DNA from: Octopus bimaculoides
Lineage: Eukaryota
Length of the DNA: 32,858 nucleotides
Assembly: GCF_001194135.2 (NCBI RefSeq)
Contig: NC_068981.1
Coordinates: forward strand, 142,442,868 to 142,475,725
Direction of reading: 5' to 3'
A program made the position numbers and the translations under genes. Below are positions 1 through 12,650 of the stretch, piece after piece; position 1 is the stretch's first letter; each line of letters begins with the position of its first letter. The notes under the pieces are model-generated. The model worked only from the letters and a program-made list of their open reading frames with translations. It was not told the DNA's origin and searched no databases.

Positions 1-414
1 TATATATATATATATATATATGAAACTGAATGCAACATCTAATTACACAAATTTCTAACAGGACCTAGCACAATTGTCTGTATCAAACGTTAGTTATAAA
101 TACCTGTGTCTTTAAATTACTGAACGTGCTTAGAGTATGAATAAAGAAAGAATGATAAATTTGTGTAAAAATTAGAACATAATACATAGGAATAGAATTG
201 GATAAAAATACATGAGTGTGTACATATGACGTATATATCAGAGAAGGAAACCAATATTTGGCAATGCTCCAAAATGTACACAGCAAATAGGAAATATGTG
301 CATGCCTCAAAACTCTCAGTAAATAATTAAATGTTATAAAGAATTTGAAAATAAAAACATAAATACATTCGCATATGCAAACACTCCACGCACGTGCAGC
401 CAAGTACTCTTGCG

Positions 415-417
<3 letters not shown>

Positions 418-465
<48 letters not shown>

Positions 466-600
466 NNNNNNNNNNNNNNNNNNNNNNNNNNTATATACAC
501 ATGCAAATATATATATATATATTTCTGTGTGTGTGTATTAATATATAATTTTATGTGCGTGTGTGTGTGCGTGTGTGTGTGTGTGTGTGCGTGCGTGCGT
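418..600. repeat. (TA)n, 26-N gap, then (TG)/(TGCG)n microsatellite cluster
   Basis: Directly visible; gap at 466-491. Confidence 0.97.
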
Positions 601-1732
601 GCTTATTGATATAATTGGTGAATAAGCCGTCAGTTACTACTTAGCTTTAGTCAAAAATTCAAAAGACATTTTGTAATATATTTTACTTTACTCTTAATAT
701 GGAATCTCCACATCAGTAAATATTCTATTTTTAACCAGAAAATTTCTTTTAAATGCCAACAGAGTATTAGCATTCGTATTATAGCTATACAATAAGTTTG
801 GTCTGTGCTTTTGCGTTTATATAAGTGAGAATGTTTGTATGTGTGTCTGTGTGACTGAGAGTGTGTGTATATGAGTACATATATGTTTAAATAACGTATA
901 TGTCTAAACAATTGTATATTTGATTCATCAGTATTGTGTGCAACGTAAATGTTAAAAAAGTCATTTATTTTCTACTTTTACCGAAATTGAGGATAAATTA
1001 AAGCGAGTGATTGGTATTGATCAGTATTGATCACTAATCATGTTGGTTACTGATGAAAATTGATAGTACTATCGTGATGGAACAGCCATTCATATAATTG
1101 TCACGTTTGTTCATTCTATTCATACTGACCGTCTAAGATGATTTCTTAAGTAGGTTTTATGAAATAATCCAGCCTCTTGAGAGAGAATTTGATTATTTAT
1201 CTACGAAGACTGATCATGGTTAAAGTTCACGCTAGACTACTTACCATTCTTTCAAGTCTTTACATCAAGTCTGAGAATATTTCCATTTATTGAAAATATA
1301 CGAACATCCGGCACCCTGCCAGAAATCTTTCGTTCCAACAAATTTTACAAGCAATTATTAACTAAACTTACAGTCACGATCGCATTATGTTTTGGTCTTC
1401 CTATTATATAAATATAATAATACATTGAATAACGGAAAGTCGAAGCCTGCACTAACCTCTCCGAACAGACATTCTTGCTCAGTACAACAGCCGTCTAGAC
1501 ATTCAACGTCTCACTCTTTCTGGTTTTTCGAGTAGAGTACTGGAATTGCACTCCTCTTTCGTTAGAACGGAAAGAGAAAATACAGTTTAAAGTTTATTTT
1601 TGTTAAAGAATTCGCTTTGCAAACATGTAAACCTGGCTGGTGGACTAACGTCTATTATGTATAGCTTCAAGTTAACAAATACATTGTGAGTAAAATAGAT
1701 AGACTGAAATCATGTGGAATAAATTCACACAA

Positions 1733-1767
<35 letters not shown>

Positions 1768-2056
1768 GATAGATAGAGAGATAGATATTTTTTCTGGAAA
1801 CATTGGTTCGAGAAGCGCCAAAAGCTATAAATAATATCACCTCATATTGGGTTGAAAAACTCTTTTAGTTATAAAGTCGAAGTCTGCCAGTGGGACAAAT
1901 GTAGAACGCCTTAGTCTTCAGGAGGTGTGGAATTTTGTCCAGCCAGCACGTTGGGACTTCTATTCCAAACGTTTCTTACAACACAATACTTACATGGCTC
2001 AATTAATAGCTCAAGTTACTAGTCTTATCACGCCTAATATCATTCACACTAACATA

Positions 2057-2640
2057 CACGAGGTGCATTAAACAAGTTTTCGTCATTATTTTTTCACGTT
2101 AAAACTAAAGCTGCATGGGCACATATTTTTGGTTGCGAGGTGACGTCACACTTCCAGCACCTGCATGAAAACCTTTGTGCTGGTAGGTCGTGTCAATTCC
2201 TTTTTGGAGGCAGACATTTAGTGCACGCTGGTAGGATTTTCATTCCGCACTTCACATCGAGCAGGGACCATAAACGTTTGTCACACCCCCAATGATGATG
2301 GTCTTCATAAAATCTGGATCGTGGTTTGCACAGCTCAGCATATCCTAAGCTAATTCAATGCAGAGTTGCTTCTGTTCTTCCATCAGCACCTTGGGGACGA
2401 ATTTCGCCAATGCTCTCTGCATGCACAAATGCTCACTTAAAATGGAAACAACCGATCCTGCGCCTAACTCTATTTCAGGATTAATTCCTGGATTGTTACA
2501 CGATTGTCTTTCATCACTAGTCACCGAAACGTCTCAATTTGCGCCTTGTTTCGGCCTGTCGATGGCCTGGCTGAGCGATCCTCGCTCTTCTTGACGTGCA
2601 ACGATGTTTGGAGCTGTTGTACCACTTCCTGATCTGAGTT
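2057..2640 (-). mobile_element. Mariner deletion derivative: N-terminal transposase fragment plus one terminus
   Basis: The minus strand of 2268-2639 translates with frameshifts to TQIRKWYN..SEDRSARPSTGRN..SILSEHLCMQRALAKFVPKVLMEEQK..DMLSCANHDPDFMKTIIIGGVTNVYG, i.e. the HTH region up to a mutated IITGDETWVYG motif. A mariner-type terminus TA|CACGAGGTGCATTAAACAAGTTTT starts at 2057. No partner TIR was found. Confidence 0.8.
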
Positions 2641-3070
2641 GTGGGACAATTAAAGCTTTATAAGTTAAGTACGAGACCTCACAGCATGCAAATGGGATGA
2701 GGCACAACACCACGTTCGCCGTACAACGATTGTATTACTAAAAATGTGAAAGACACAATCAGGGACACAATGTTGTTTCATGCAACACCATCCCGACACC
2801 AGCATCACCAACATCTGAAGCACAAACGTCACTGTCTCGAACAACCAGTAACCAAGCCACCAGAATCGCCAGTACGAACAGAAACATCATGAGCACAAGA
2901 AACGTTGGCACGGACATAGGCTTTCCATCGGATGGTCCGTCGTTCTATCCTAGTATACGACAATGTAGGCAGGTGTCTTTTACTTTAGGCTGATGAGTGG
3001 CTTCACACTGGAATGCGGTAAGCTAAAACAGCAGAATCTTACCATTTATATACACATGTATATAAATATA

Positions 3071-3071
<1 letters not shown>

Positions 3072-3150
<79 letters not shown>

Positions 3151-3190
3151 AACAAACAAACACACACAAACAAACATACACACACACACA
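3072..3190. repeat. (CA)n/(CAAA)n microsatellite
   Basis: Directly visible. Confidence 0.97.
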
Positions 3191-3854
3191 CGTATATATC
3201 AATTGAAATAAACGAATGAAAATGACGGACAAGAGGGCATGCAAAAGGATTGGATTATCGTGACGTTCAGTGAAAAGAATGAGTTTGACTTTTCTCGCAT
3301 AGCTCTTCGCCGAAAAGGAGAAAGTGAAAAGTCCAAAGAAAAAGAGATCACCAAGTGCACGTATATGTATATATATTCACACGGGTGTGTATGATTGTGT
3401 ATAGAAGAATATATTACTCAAAGGAATTCCAGCTTTGTCTGATTTTCACGCTTTATCTACAATCTAATAATAATATAATATAATAAAATAAAATGATACA
3501 ATATTAAATGTCCATTCTGATGGAACTAGTACCGTTATGCATTAACCTATGGAATCTTCAGTTACATGTAGTAGGGGTAGCAGTTAAGTTTCATAATTTA
3601 TAAATTTATAACTGTAAATTGTAAAACATAACGGTCACCACGACTACATGAACCTGCAAATTGTATAGTCTAATGCACGTAAGTACTAATGCAATGAGAT
3701 TGGCGATTTAATATTCTATATTCTATCAATTCATTATATTATATTATTTTATATTATATTATCATCAGATTGTAATTAAAACGTGAAAATCAGACAACGT
3801 CGACTTCGGCGGCCATAAAGGAAACATTGCAACGTCACTAATTGAGAATGAGTC

Positions 3855-3918
3855 TGCCGAAGCACCAATATCGCAAGAAATATTAGTTTAAAACTGTTAA
3901 TGTTGTATGAAGCACACA

Positions 3919-3952
<34 letters not shown>

Positions 3953-4008
3953 GGTTCACTCAATATTAGGTTTTAACTCTTATTTCTTGCAATATTGATG
4001 CTTCGGCA
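3855..4008. repeat. Inverted repeat of 28 bp (26/28 identity) enclosing a (TA)n tract; MITE-like
   Basis: 3855-3882 TGCCGAAGCACCAATATCGCAAGAAATA versus the reverse complement of 3981-4008, TGCCGAAGCATCAATATTGCAAGAAATA. (TA)n lies at about 3920-3948 between them. Confidence 0.85.
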
Positions 4009-4112
4009 CCCTCAGTCATAATTACAATTAGTGACCATTAAATTCTTCACACATACATATAATATATGCATATATATATAGATATATACATACGCATCAA
4101 TCACGCGCACAC

Positions 4113-4144
<32 letters not shown>

Positions 4145-5278
4145 GTATGTGTGTGTAGAGCGAGAGAAAGCAAGAGAAAGAGAGAGTGATTGAGAGAGAC
4201 AGATAAACCCAAAATAAGAATTTGAAGTTGATCTAATACCCATAATATTTCCGAATTTCAATACATTTTAAATTTACTGTGTGGAAGCAATCAATTTCAA
4301 ATCAGTGGTACTGTACTAACTCTGTTACTACAGTGTCATAATAATACCTTTAACATTTATGAAAGTCTGAGTGTTTGATTTGGTCCAGTACTCGGGATAC
4401 TTTTAATGAAACAAATTACAATAATCAAATTGAATTGCAACGGTAAACGGGTAGACTTCATTTTTGCAAGATACTAATTAATAGACTAGTCATTCTATTT
4501 GTCTTCTTCGATGTATTGAAATCGTCATAAATAATTGAGCTTCATTATTATGTTTCTTATAAATAATATCGGTTGAACGAATCAGATTATTAGTAATATA
4601 TAATAGCGTAATACTATTAAATGAAATCGAGATTTTTAAGCAAGAAAGAAACATTTTATAGCATATAGTTTCTACTTTAACATTATTCTGTTAAATGAAC
4701 ACTATATCACAAGTAATTTTGAATAAAATATAATCACATTTTCAACGGTAGACTACAAAAAAGAGAAAAATACTGTATATTAAGGTTATAATTTTCGGCG
4801 AAATTTTTAACTTGTGTATCACGGTTGCGTAAGTAACAATACTATGTATTAGTGAATACTTGTAATTTAGCATTTAAGAATCACGATTTAACGTTAGAAT
4901 TTAAATAAATACAAGATAGCAAGATAATCACACTCATTCAAATTTATTGCATAATTTACAACTTCTATGGTGTTCTTTGACAGTTATAAACGTCTCAGAC
5001 AGATAACTATGTGTCTTTAGGTTACATAATTCATAGAGGAACATTTGTATTCGTATCGATTAACATTGCCTGGCTAACTGACCTATGTACATTGGTCCGT
5101 TAAATATGCGCCTGGACCGATAACAATAATAACAAGGGTATAAATTTAGAGTCACTTTATAATATATGCTAGGAGCCCTGGCTCGGGTTGATCATGGCAT
5201 CTAAATATTCTATCAAATTTTCGCAGAACTCCAGCAATTTTAAGGGAACTTTTAAGTTTATTACAGAGACTCCAATTC

Positions 5279-5358
5279 TCAACTGGTACTTATATTATCA
5301 ACCGGGAAAGAATGAAAGCAAAGTCAATTTCGGTGGAATTTGAACACAGAGCATAAAG
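5279..5358 (-). mobile_element. Partial copy of the AAGGCGGCG-head SINE family
   Basis: AACTGGTACTTATATTATCAACCGGGAAAGAATGAAAGCAAAGTCAATTTCGGTGGAATTTGAACACAGAGC matches the reverse complement of the 29390-29460 body and B box. Confidence 0.72.
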
Positions 5359-5641
5359 AAAACTAATAAATACAAAAATAAAGTAAATTATAGAATGAAA
5401 GTACATTAATAAAGACTGTTCTTTTAAATTATTTATATCATTGTAGAAGTTTTATCATTCATCTAGCAACTTGATAGATAGTAGCAATTAGAATTATTAT
5501 TAAAAGTGTGTATATAGTATAAACTGCAATATAAAATGTATTGACTAATCGGTCACACTTTTCGGATGTATGTAAATGCGTAGCCAACTCCTCTCTTTTT
5601 CTTTTTCCGTTGTGATCATGTAAGCAATGAAATATTTGGCC

Positions 5642-5679
<38 letters not shown>

Positions 5680-5880
5680 TTGTGTATGTGTGTTTGTGTG
5701 TGTGTGCGTGTGTTTGTATGTGTGTGTATGTGTGTGTGCGAGTGTGTATTTATGTATGTATGTATGTATATGTCTGTGTGCATATATAAAAAAAAATGTA
5801 TAAATATATATACATATTTATGCATGTATGTGCGCGAGTGTGTGTATTTATATATGTATGTATGCATGTATGTACAAACA
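5642..5880. repeat. Degenerate (TG)/(TA)/(TATG) simple-repeat tract
   Basis: Directly visible; it generates the spurious C/V/Y/M and H/T ORFs. Confidence 0.92.
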
Positions 5881-6999
5881 CATATTACCGCTAAATAATG
5901 CCCACGGGGTCTCAAAATATATAATCTTAAAAGCTACGTCTTCCAAAACTGTCCGAATAAATTCATTCTTTATAATGCGTATAAAGATTTCTATTCAGTC
6001 TATTGGAATCATGAAAAGAATGACATTTGTGTATATAAATAACGTAATAGTGGATAATTTATAAACTGTGTCGTTATTTCAATTATTTCGAACATTTACG
6101 CAAGTTATCAGCAAAAGAGAATATTAAGAAAATAATGTTGTTTTACTAACTTTGGCACAGATTCATACATTTTAAAGAGAGGAGAATCGTCATGAGTGCA
6201 CACCCCATGATGGACAGAAAGATTAAATAAGTGCATTGTTATTTTGATAGAATTAAAATAAACTGGACATCGTTATAGTTTGGCTCTTTATTGTTTCTGC
6301 CAATTTACGCCATCACTGAAGAAGAACACATAACGTTACTTTCAAACAGTGTATGTTAGCACTAGGATATATGGGAAAAGACAATAAAATATACAATAAC
6401 TGGTTTGATTTTGACACATTATAAGCAGCTTTAAAAGCACCAACACAACGATAGGGATACAGCTTGGTGATTTGACCTGCTTGAAATAGCAGCCGATTTT
6501 CCATCGACATACAGCATACATTTTAAAAGTAAGAAAGGTCATACTGGACAAAATTTCTCTGAAATACAAAATACAAGGTCATCACCACTCAAACGATATA
6601 GATTTCGTTTGCTCCACATTCATGCAAGAACTAGTTGAAATTATTTTACAGAAAATATATTACATTATATATATGTACAAATGAATCTTATTAAGCACTT
6701 ATGCTTCTTACATTTTACTTGTCCAACGTTTGATTAAATAAAAATGTATTACTTAGTTACGATCTATAAATATAAGCATATCTAAGGAGAAAATTCAAAG
6801 AGACAATCTGTTATACACAACATATGTTATTACGCCCAAGACGATTGACAAAAAGCAATGTAGAGGAATTAAATTTGTGATTTTGTATACTCCAAACACA
6901 TAATCTTTAGAAATTTAACTGAAAATATTATGAAAAGAAATGACAAAAAAAGATGCATAAAGAATTATATTATATATTACACTGGGAAATGTATACATT

Positions 7000-7245
7000 A
7001 AGTAATATATTTGTATATGTACGTGTGTATTTATATAAATGTGTGTGCATGTGTGCGTGCGCTTGAGTGTGTGCATGTGAGTGTTTGTATGTACGTATGT
7101 GTGTATGTGTCCGAATGTATGTATATATATATGTGTATCTGTATATCTCACTCCCTCTATCTCTTTATATATGTATGTACATGCTGTGTATAAGTACCCA
7201 TATTTGTGTGTGTTTGCCTGTGTGTGTGTGTGTGTATGTGTGTAA
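7000..7245. repeat. Degenerate (TG)/(TATG) simple-repeat tract
   Basis: Directly visible. Confidence 0.9.
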
Positions 7246-7454
7246 ACCACATCTCAATGATATTTGTATGTATATTACCTAACTGCTGATGTGATTACAA
7301 GTAAAACAATATACAATTCACATTAAATCGAATTTTTTTTTTAGTATTCCTTATGGTGGTATTCTATCCAGGACATGTACATTTTCTTTCCAAGTCTTCA
7401 CAAGATTAACTTCTCCTTTCGTCCTTTTATCGCTATCTGTGAGACACAATTATT

Positions 7455-7551
7455 TTCTTCTTCTTCTTCTTCTTCTTCTTCTTCTTCTTCTTCTTCTTCT
7501 TCTTCTTCTTCTTCTTCTTCTTCTTCTTCTTCTTCTTCTTCTTCTTCTTCT
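7455..7551. repeat. (TTC)n microsatellite abutting a 10-N gap and the (ATT)n LINE tail
   Basis: Directly visible. Confidence 0.97.
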
Positions 7552-7561
7552 NNNNNNNNNN

Positions 7562-7603
<42 letters not shown>

Positions 7604-8997
7604 GCCTTTGCAAAGCTGGAGATGTACTGCGGTGTCAGCTGTTCACTACCAGTGAACTAAGGTAAGGCCTCTTATTTTTCGAGCACCTTTCGGAGTATTC
7701 GGACGTTTCCAAGCAGTGCTGTTTTTTGCAAGTGCTCCTCCCTTATTGTAGCCCCTATTTGTCACACGTACTCCTCGAGACTTTTGCTCACTGTTCCCAG
7801 GGCTCCGACAATTATAATTGTGTTGTACCAATAATTATTGGTACTACTGCTGCCTTTTTCATCGATCATAACTGCTTAATTTCCCAAGCGTACCTGTCAT
7901 ATCTTTCTACTTTTATCTCTTCCTTATCGCATATCTTGTTGTCAGCTGGGCATGCTACATCCATGATCCAATTAAGACTATGTCTGGCTTCCTATTCTCT
8001 ATCTCATGGTCACACTGAATCATAAAATCCAACAGGATCTTTGCATTTTTATTTTCTACGATGCCTTCAGGTTTGTGATCGTACCAATATTTTGCATTGT
8101 CAAGTCCATACTTCTTGCAATGTGTCCAATGGACAAGCCTTGCTATATTGTCATGACGTCTCTTAATATTCTTTCTGGGCTAGCGGCGTACGTTGAGTAG
8201 TAATATGCCATACGGTTTCACGAATTTGTCCATAGGTTTTGCACTTATAACTTTCTGATGTGTTGTCTATTCTGTATTTTATATAGTATGTTGTTAGTGC
8301 TTGCACTTGGGCAGCACAGATTAGAGACTCCGTTTCCGGTTTTAAATCACTTCTAGTCATTTTCAGCCATCTTTTTTCTCTGTTTGCCTTATCTTCACCA
8401 TCCCTATGAAATTGACCCTGCATTCTTTTCTTTAACCTCTTATTTTCAGTTTCATTCGTTTTCAATTTCTTGTGCAGTGTTTTATCTTTGCAATCTTTCA
8501 TCCTACACAACCCTGACCTTCTTACTTCTAATAATAGCGGTTGTGTGGTATTTTTTACATACCATGCTATGTTGTTTTCTTCTGCTCTAATACTGTGTTA
8601 GCGTCCAATAAGTCATCTTTCCTCTCTTTTTCTTGGTACATACAGTTTATCTGTGTCACTTTTGGAGTGGAGCGCCCCATATCTAGTTAGCAACTTCCTT
8701 GTCTTTCTCTCTAAGCTGTTTAGCCCGCCTACTGTCCATGCAATTACCCATGCTCCATATCTAAGGTGTGAAACTGCCCAGTTTTGATAGCTTCAATCTT
8801 GTTCCGTCTGTTTAATTTCGACTTAAGGACCAGTCTCAGTCTGCACAAGTACTCCACCTTAAATTTTTCTGTCACATCTTTCTGCATCAATTTATCCATT
8901 TCCAAAATCTCCAAGTACTTATAGCCCGTCTTTTCTATCTGCTTCATTTATCTCTCCCGATGGTATCGTCACCCCGTCCATACGTTTGATTTTGCCT

Positions 8998-9000
<3 letters not shown>
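7562..9000 (-). mobile_element. 5'-truncated R4/Dong-clade non-LTR retrotransposon (late RT, zinc knuckle, restriction-like endonuclease) with (TAA)n 3' tail
   Basis: Minus-strand fragments: RGKIKRMDGVTIPSG, TGYKYLEILEMD (YKYLG), KSKLNRRNKIEAI, DLKPETESLICAAQVQAL, degenerate CCHC (KCKTYG..ETVWHITT), KRRHDNIARLVHW (RHD), RKPDIVLI..WIMDVACP (PD-(D/E)xK), VVPIII.GALGTV, QKTALLGNVRILRKVLEK* (stop 7672-7674). A short 3'UTR follows, then (TAA)n at 7562-7603. The sequence stops at about 9000, so the YMDD-type RT core is missing. Confidence 0.92.
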
Positions 9001-9037
<37 letters not shown>

Positions 9038-9043
9038 AACTAC
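8998..9043. repeat. (CTA)n microsatellite at the 5' junction of the R4/Dong copy
   Basis: Directly visible. Confidence 0.95.
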
Positions 9044-9249
9044 CTGCTCCTTATCGAAGGCGGAGATTTTGTTTTCAGTCGTGTTTGTTTATCTCAAAAA
9101 CTACAAGATGGATTCGGATGAAGCTTTCAAGGATGTTTGGCCTCGTGACTGGCACAAACTGATTAGATTTTGGGATCGGTATGGTACTGCACAAAGATTC
9201 TGGATAATATTTCCGTTTTTTTTTTTTACCTAATTTTTGAGAGCGGTCG

Positions 9250-9988
9250 GGTTCATGTTTAGTATTCTCGTTTGTGAGAGCAGTCGAGTGTATTTCAGAT
9301 ATTCTGATTTTAATAATCATCCCTGGCTAATTGTTGAGAGGACGTTGGTGTTGCCTTGGTGCAGGTTTGCGGTCTCTGAGTGTTCTTGTTATTATTATTA
9401 CCATACCATTCTTTTCAGCTATCTAATTCCTGATTATTCTGGCCGTGCACAGGAGGCATTATTATCATGCTATTGCTATTCTTGTTACTGTTGTTTGGGG
9501 GTGGAATCAAACTATCAGCCAAGTTCATTGTGAAGATCGCCTCTCCATCTCTCTATCTATAAAGCAGGACAGGTAGTATTCCTGTTTCTACTGGATTGGT
9601 GAAAGTAAATGTAGGATGGTCGAGGTCGATAGTTTTAAGGTAAGACAATTTCTTTTTTTCAGTACCCACCCATCGAGCAAAAATAGTTTGGATGAATGGC
9701 CCTTTCTGAATCATACGCATGTAGATTACAGAACAAGAGTTAGGTGGTGACATGTGAATGCGGTGCTCAGGATGATCCAGAATGTGTGGGGTTCGTCGAT
9801 TGGTCTCACTTGGAGTTCTCCCTGTATCAAGGGGGCTTCATCATTCTTTTGTTCAGATATTTTGAATACTATGCATACATTTGTTGTCATTTCAATCTAC
9901 TTTCTGTAAACTCTCACAACAAAATTGTAAGCTCGCCTTGTAATGTTCCACCCTTGAAGTCCCCGTGGCAAATAAAAGAATCTATTAC

Positions 9989-10025
<37 letters not shown>
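9250..10025 (+). mobile_element. Possible very degenerate LINE 3' portion (I/Vingi-like) ending in AATAAA plus (ATT)n
   Basis: AATAAA at 9971-9976 directly precedes an (ATT)n tail from 9984. Weak peptide echoes: EWPFLNH (W-x-x-LNR, about 9697), TCECGAQ (C-x-CG knuckle, about 9750) and ALLSCYCYSCYCC. Alignment by eye only. Confidence 0.35.
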
Positions 10026-10028
<3 letters not shown>

Positions 10029-10110
10029 ATTGTTATGATTTTTTTCTTGTTTCTTCAAATTTTCTTCCATTTCTCGCCGAGTATTTTCCGTACACTTAGG
10101 GCAGATAAGC

Positions 10111-10141
<31 letters not shown>

Positions 10142-10157
10142 TATCATTATTATTATT

Positions 10158-10216
<59 letters not shown>

Positions 10217-10217
10217 C
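9984..10217. repeat. Compound (ATT)n / spacer / (ATC)n(ATT)n microsatellite
   Basis: Directly visible. Confidence 0.95.
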
Positions 10218-11993
10218 AGTTATCATGATCATTGGAAACAAATAAAGGAAATTCACTGTAGTATGTTACATTATACGAACTCGACATGACAAGTCTGCAA
10301 ACTATTTCTCTTGATCGGCTTAAGCCGATTCCCTTCAACTGCATATTTAATGTTCAGAAATTCTTGTACGCGCCATAATCCCGTTTTGCTTCCTTCTTTC
10401 TTGGCATTATTTCAAAGTATGAAATCATGATTATTTGAGGCAAATCCAGAACAGTTACTCTGATCGATTGCGTAACAGTTCCCGAAACAAACAAAAAATA
10501 CATAGATTAAAGGATTTTATACATTATACATGAATCTCGCGAAAAGAGATTTTTTGATAGCCAAGCTAACATACTGATATTTGGCTAAGTCAACTACCTT
10601 CGCTGAAAAAATGAATATCAATATCAGGGAAAGAAATGCTCTTTCCTTCACTTTTTGCCTCAATGTCTACACTAAAGCCATTAGATAAACTACCAAATTA
10701 CTATTTAAAAAAATGATGTTGATGTGACGCAGATAATCCTTCCTACCATCACGAGCACCAAACCCACCACCATCACCACTACTCTGATCTCTAAGGCGAT
10801 GTATCGTCGCAATTACAATCAATACCAGACTATTCCAACAAGAGCGGAGATTTGAAGAAATCATGCTAACACGGATCATTTTACAGATGAAATACTGGGT
10901 GTAAAATTTCTTTGGTGTTTGCTATTGTTCTTCAGTAATTATCTCCCAGATATAATTATTGTCTGTAGCCTACCGTTCTAATTACTGGAGTGTAAAGATT
11001 AGCACATCCTATTATCTATTTACAATCCACAAGGCAAAACAATAAAACTACTGAAAATAATACGCAGCAGTGATAGTAACGACAATATAACATAAAAGAA
11101 ACAAAACAGAAAACAAACACTGTATTTTCTAATAACACAATGAAGCATTGCTTAAAACTAAACATTGCCAAATGAATTTTGAGATGTTACAAATGATCTT
11201 CTGTCTCGTATTTTTCTTTCACTGTCGTTCTTTCACGCATTAAATTTTCTTTCTGTTTTTTCAGATTTTATGTTTTGACCATTTTTTTTTTTTTTTTGGT
11301 TTTTAGTATTCTTACGGCAATACAAGATATTGCAATGCTAGCAATCCAGGAGATTAATGGAAATTTCCAATGTTCATTGTTATGTTTTTTTTTATTTTCT
11401 TAATTTACTGAAATTTTATCATCAATTACTCTCATCGATCAGTAATTTGTGGGCTTAGGTGTCAAATACAAATTACCAGAGAGGTCATAGACTTGATAAG
11501 GTGACTGAGTTTAAAGTAGGTTATGTAAGTTTTGTAAAGCGAGTAAAGAAATTTAAGAAGAAAATAGAGATTTTCTTTCTTTTTCGGATTCTAATCTGAC
11601 CGAAATCAAAATTTCGCACAAGAAGAAGAAATTAAGAGAACGGTGTGAGAAGAGAAATTGGAAGCTGTCAATATTATTTTAACATTATTTTCTGCATTGT
11701 GTAACAAACTGTGACCCTTGTTTCCCAATGGAAACAATTATAAATAGATTACCTAATGTATTGTCATATTTTTTCTAGGATATGCTATTGTTTTTCTTCA
11801 CATAGAGGAAACTCTGTGAAAAGCTTCCCACATAAGAAAATGTGCAAATTTTAGTAATTCGTATGGGTGTTAACAAGGCGGAGATACACATGTGTAAACA
11901 TGCGTATACATGTTTGTGTGTGTTTCTTTGTGTGTGTGTGTGTGCATGTGTGTGTATGTGTGTGAATGTGTGTGTGTATATACATACGCATAA

Positions 11994-12197
11994 CTGAAAC
12001 GTTTTGGGCTTCAACGGTATCGGTGAACGCCTGGTTGAAAGCCCAACCTCCCGAGTTGTTTTACAGTGCTTAGAAAATCTGAAGGACCATTGCAATAAGT
12101 GTTTGTATCTTAGAGGGGAAAATGTTGAATGGAATCATAATTACTCTATCCTCCTGTATTTTATTTATCCAAAGTCAGGTGCATTACAGTTCCCCCT
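11994..12197 (+). mobile_element. Mariner-derived MITE of about 200 bp carrying the transposase 3' end
   Basis: Translates LQCLENLKDHCNKCLYLRGENVE, resembling the mariner C-terminal W/C-x-KC-x-x-x-x-G-x-Y-V-E motif. It ends in a degenerate CAGTTCCCCCTA terminus. It matches my recollection of a common octopus short mariner element; the TIRs are heavily eroded. Confidence 0.7.
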
Positions 12198-12650
12198 AAT
12201 GCTGGTATGGTTAGGTAAGGCATTAATATTTATAGGAGAAAACAAGCTGTATATACTGGTCGTTGTTAAAAATGCATTAAGTAGCACAGCTGAATAGGAA
12301 GCGCATAAATAAGATTAATATAAGAAATCCTTGTAGTTCTTTTATTGATGTGATTGTATTGTTTCATTCTTATTGTTGTTTTTTAAACCTTTGCTAGCTC
12401 TAATCGAACATGCCTTTAATGAAAATCATTCCAGCCGTAATTATCCCGTCTCCTGTTGTTGAATATTGTATAATATCTCTGTTTGTTTCCAATGATTTAG
12501 AATATCAGAAAGTTATTTGAGGAAGATTTTTCTTTCAACACTGCAACCACTCTTCAAGAATTTATGTTTGTTTTACGTGTGTCTCCACCAAAATTCTTTT
12601 ATTTTATGAAATGAATAAAGGTTTTATTAATTAATTAATTATTTTATTAG

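Noticed and set aside
83-911. ORFs rich in YI, CV and HT
   Set aside because: Translations of (TA)n/(TG)n microsatellites and N gaps; no coding signal.
2141-2148. Perfect CRE palindrome TGACGTCA
   Set aside because: Lies inside the mariner terminus; no evidence of host regulatory use.
9744-10289. 181-aa ORF with hydrophobic stretches
   Set aside because: The poly-Ile comes from (ATT)n; the remainder is at best a degenerate LINE end.
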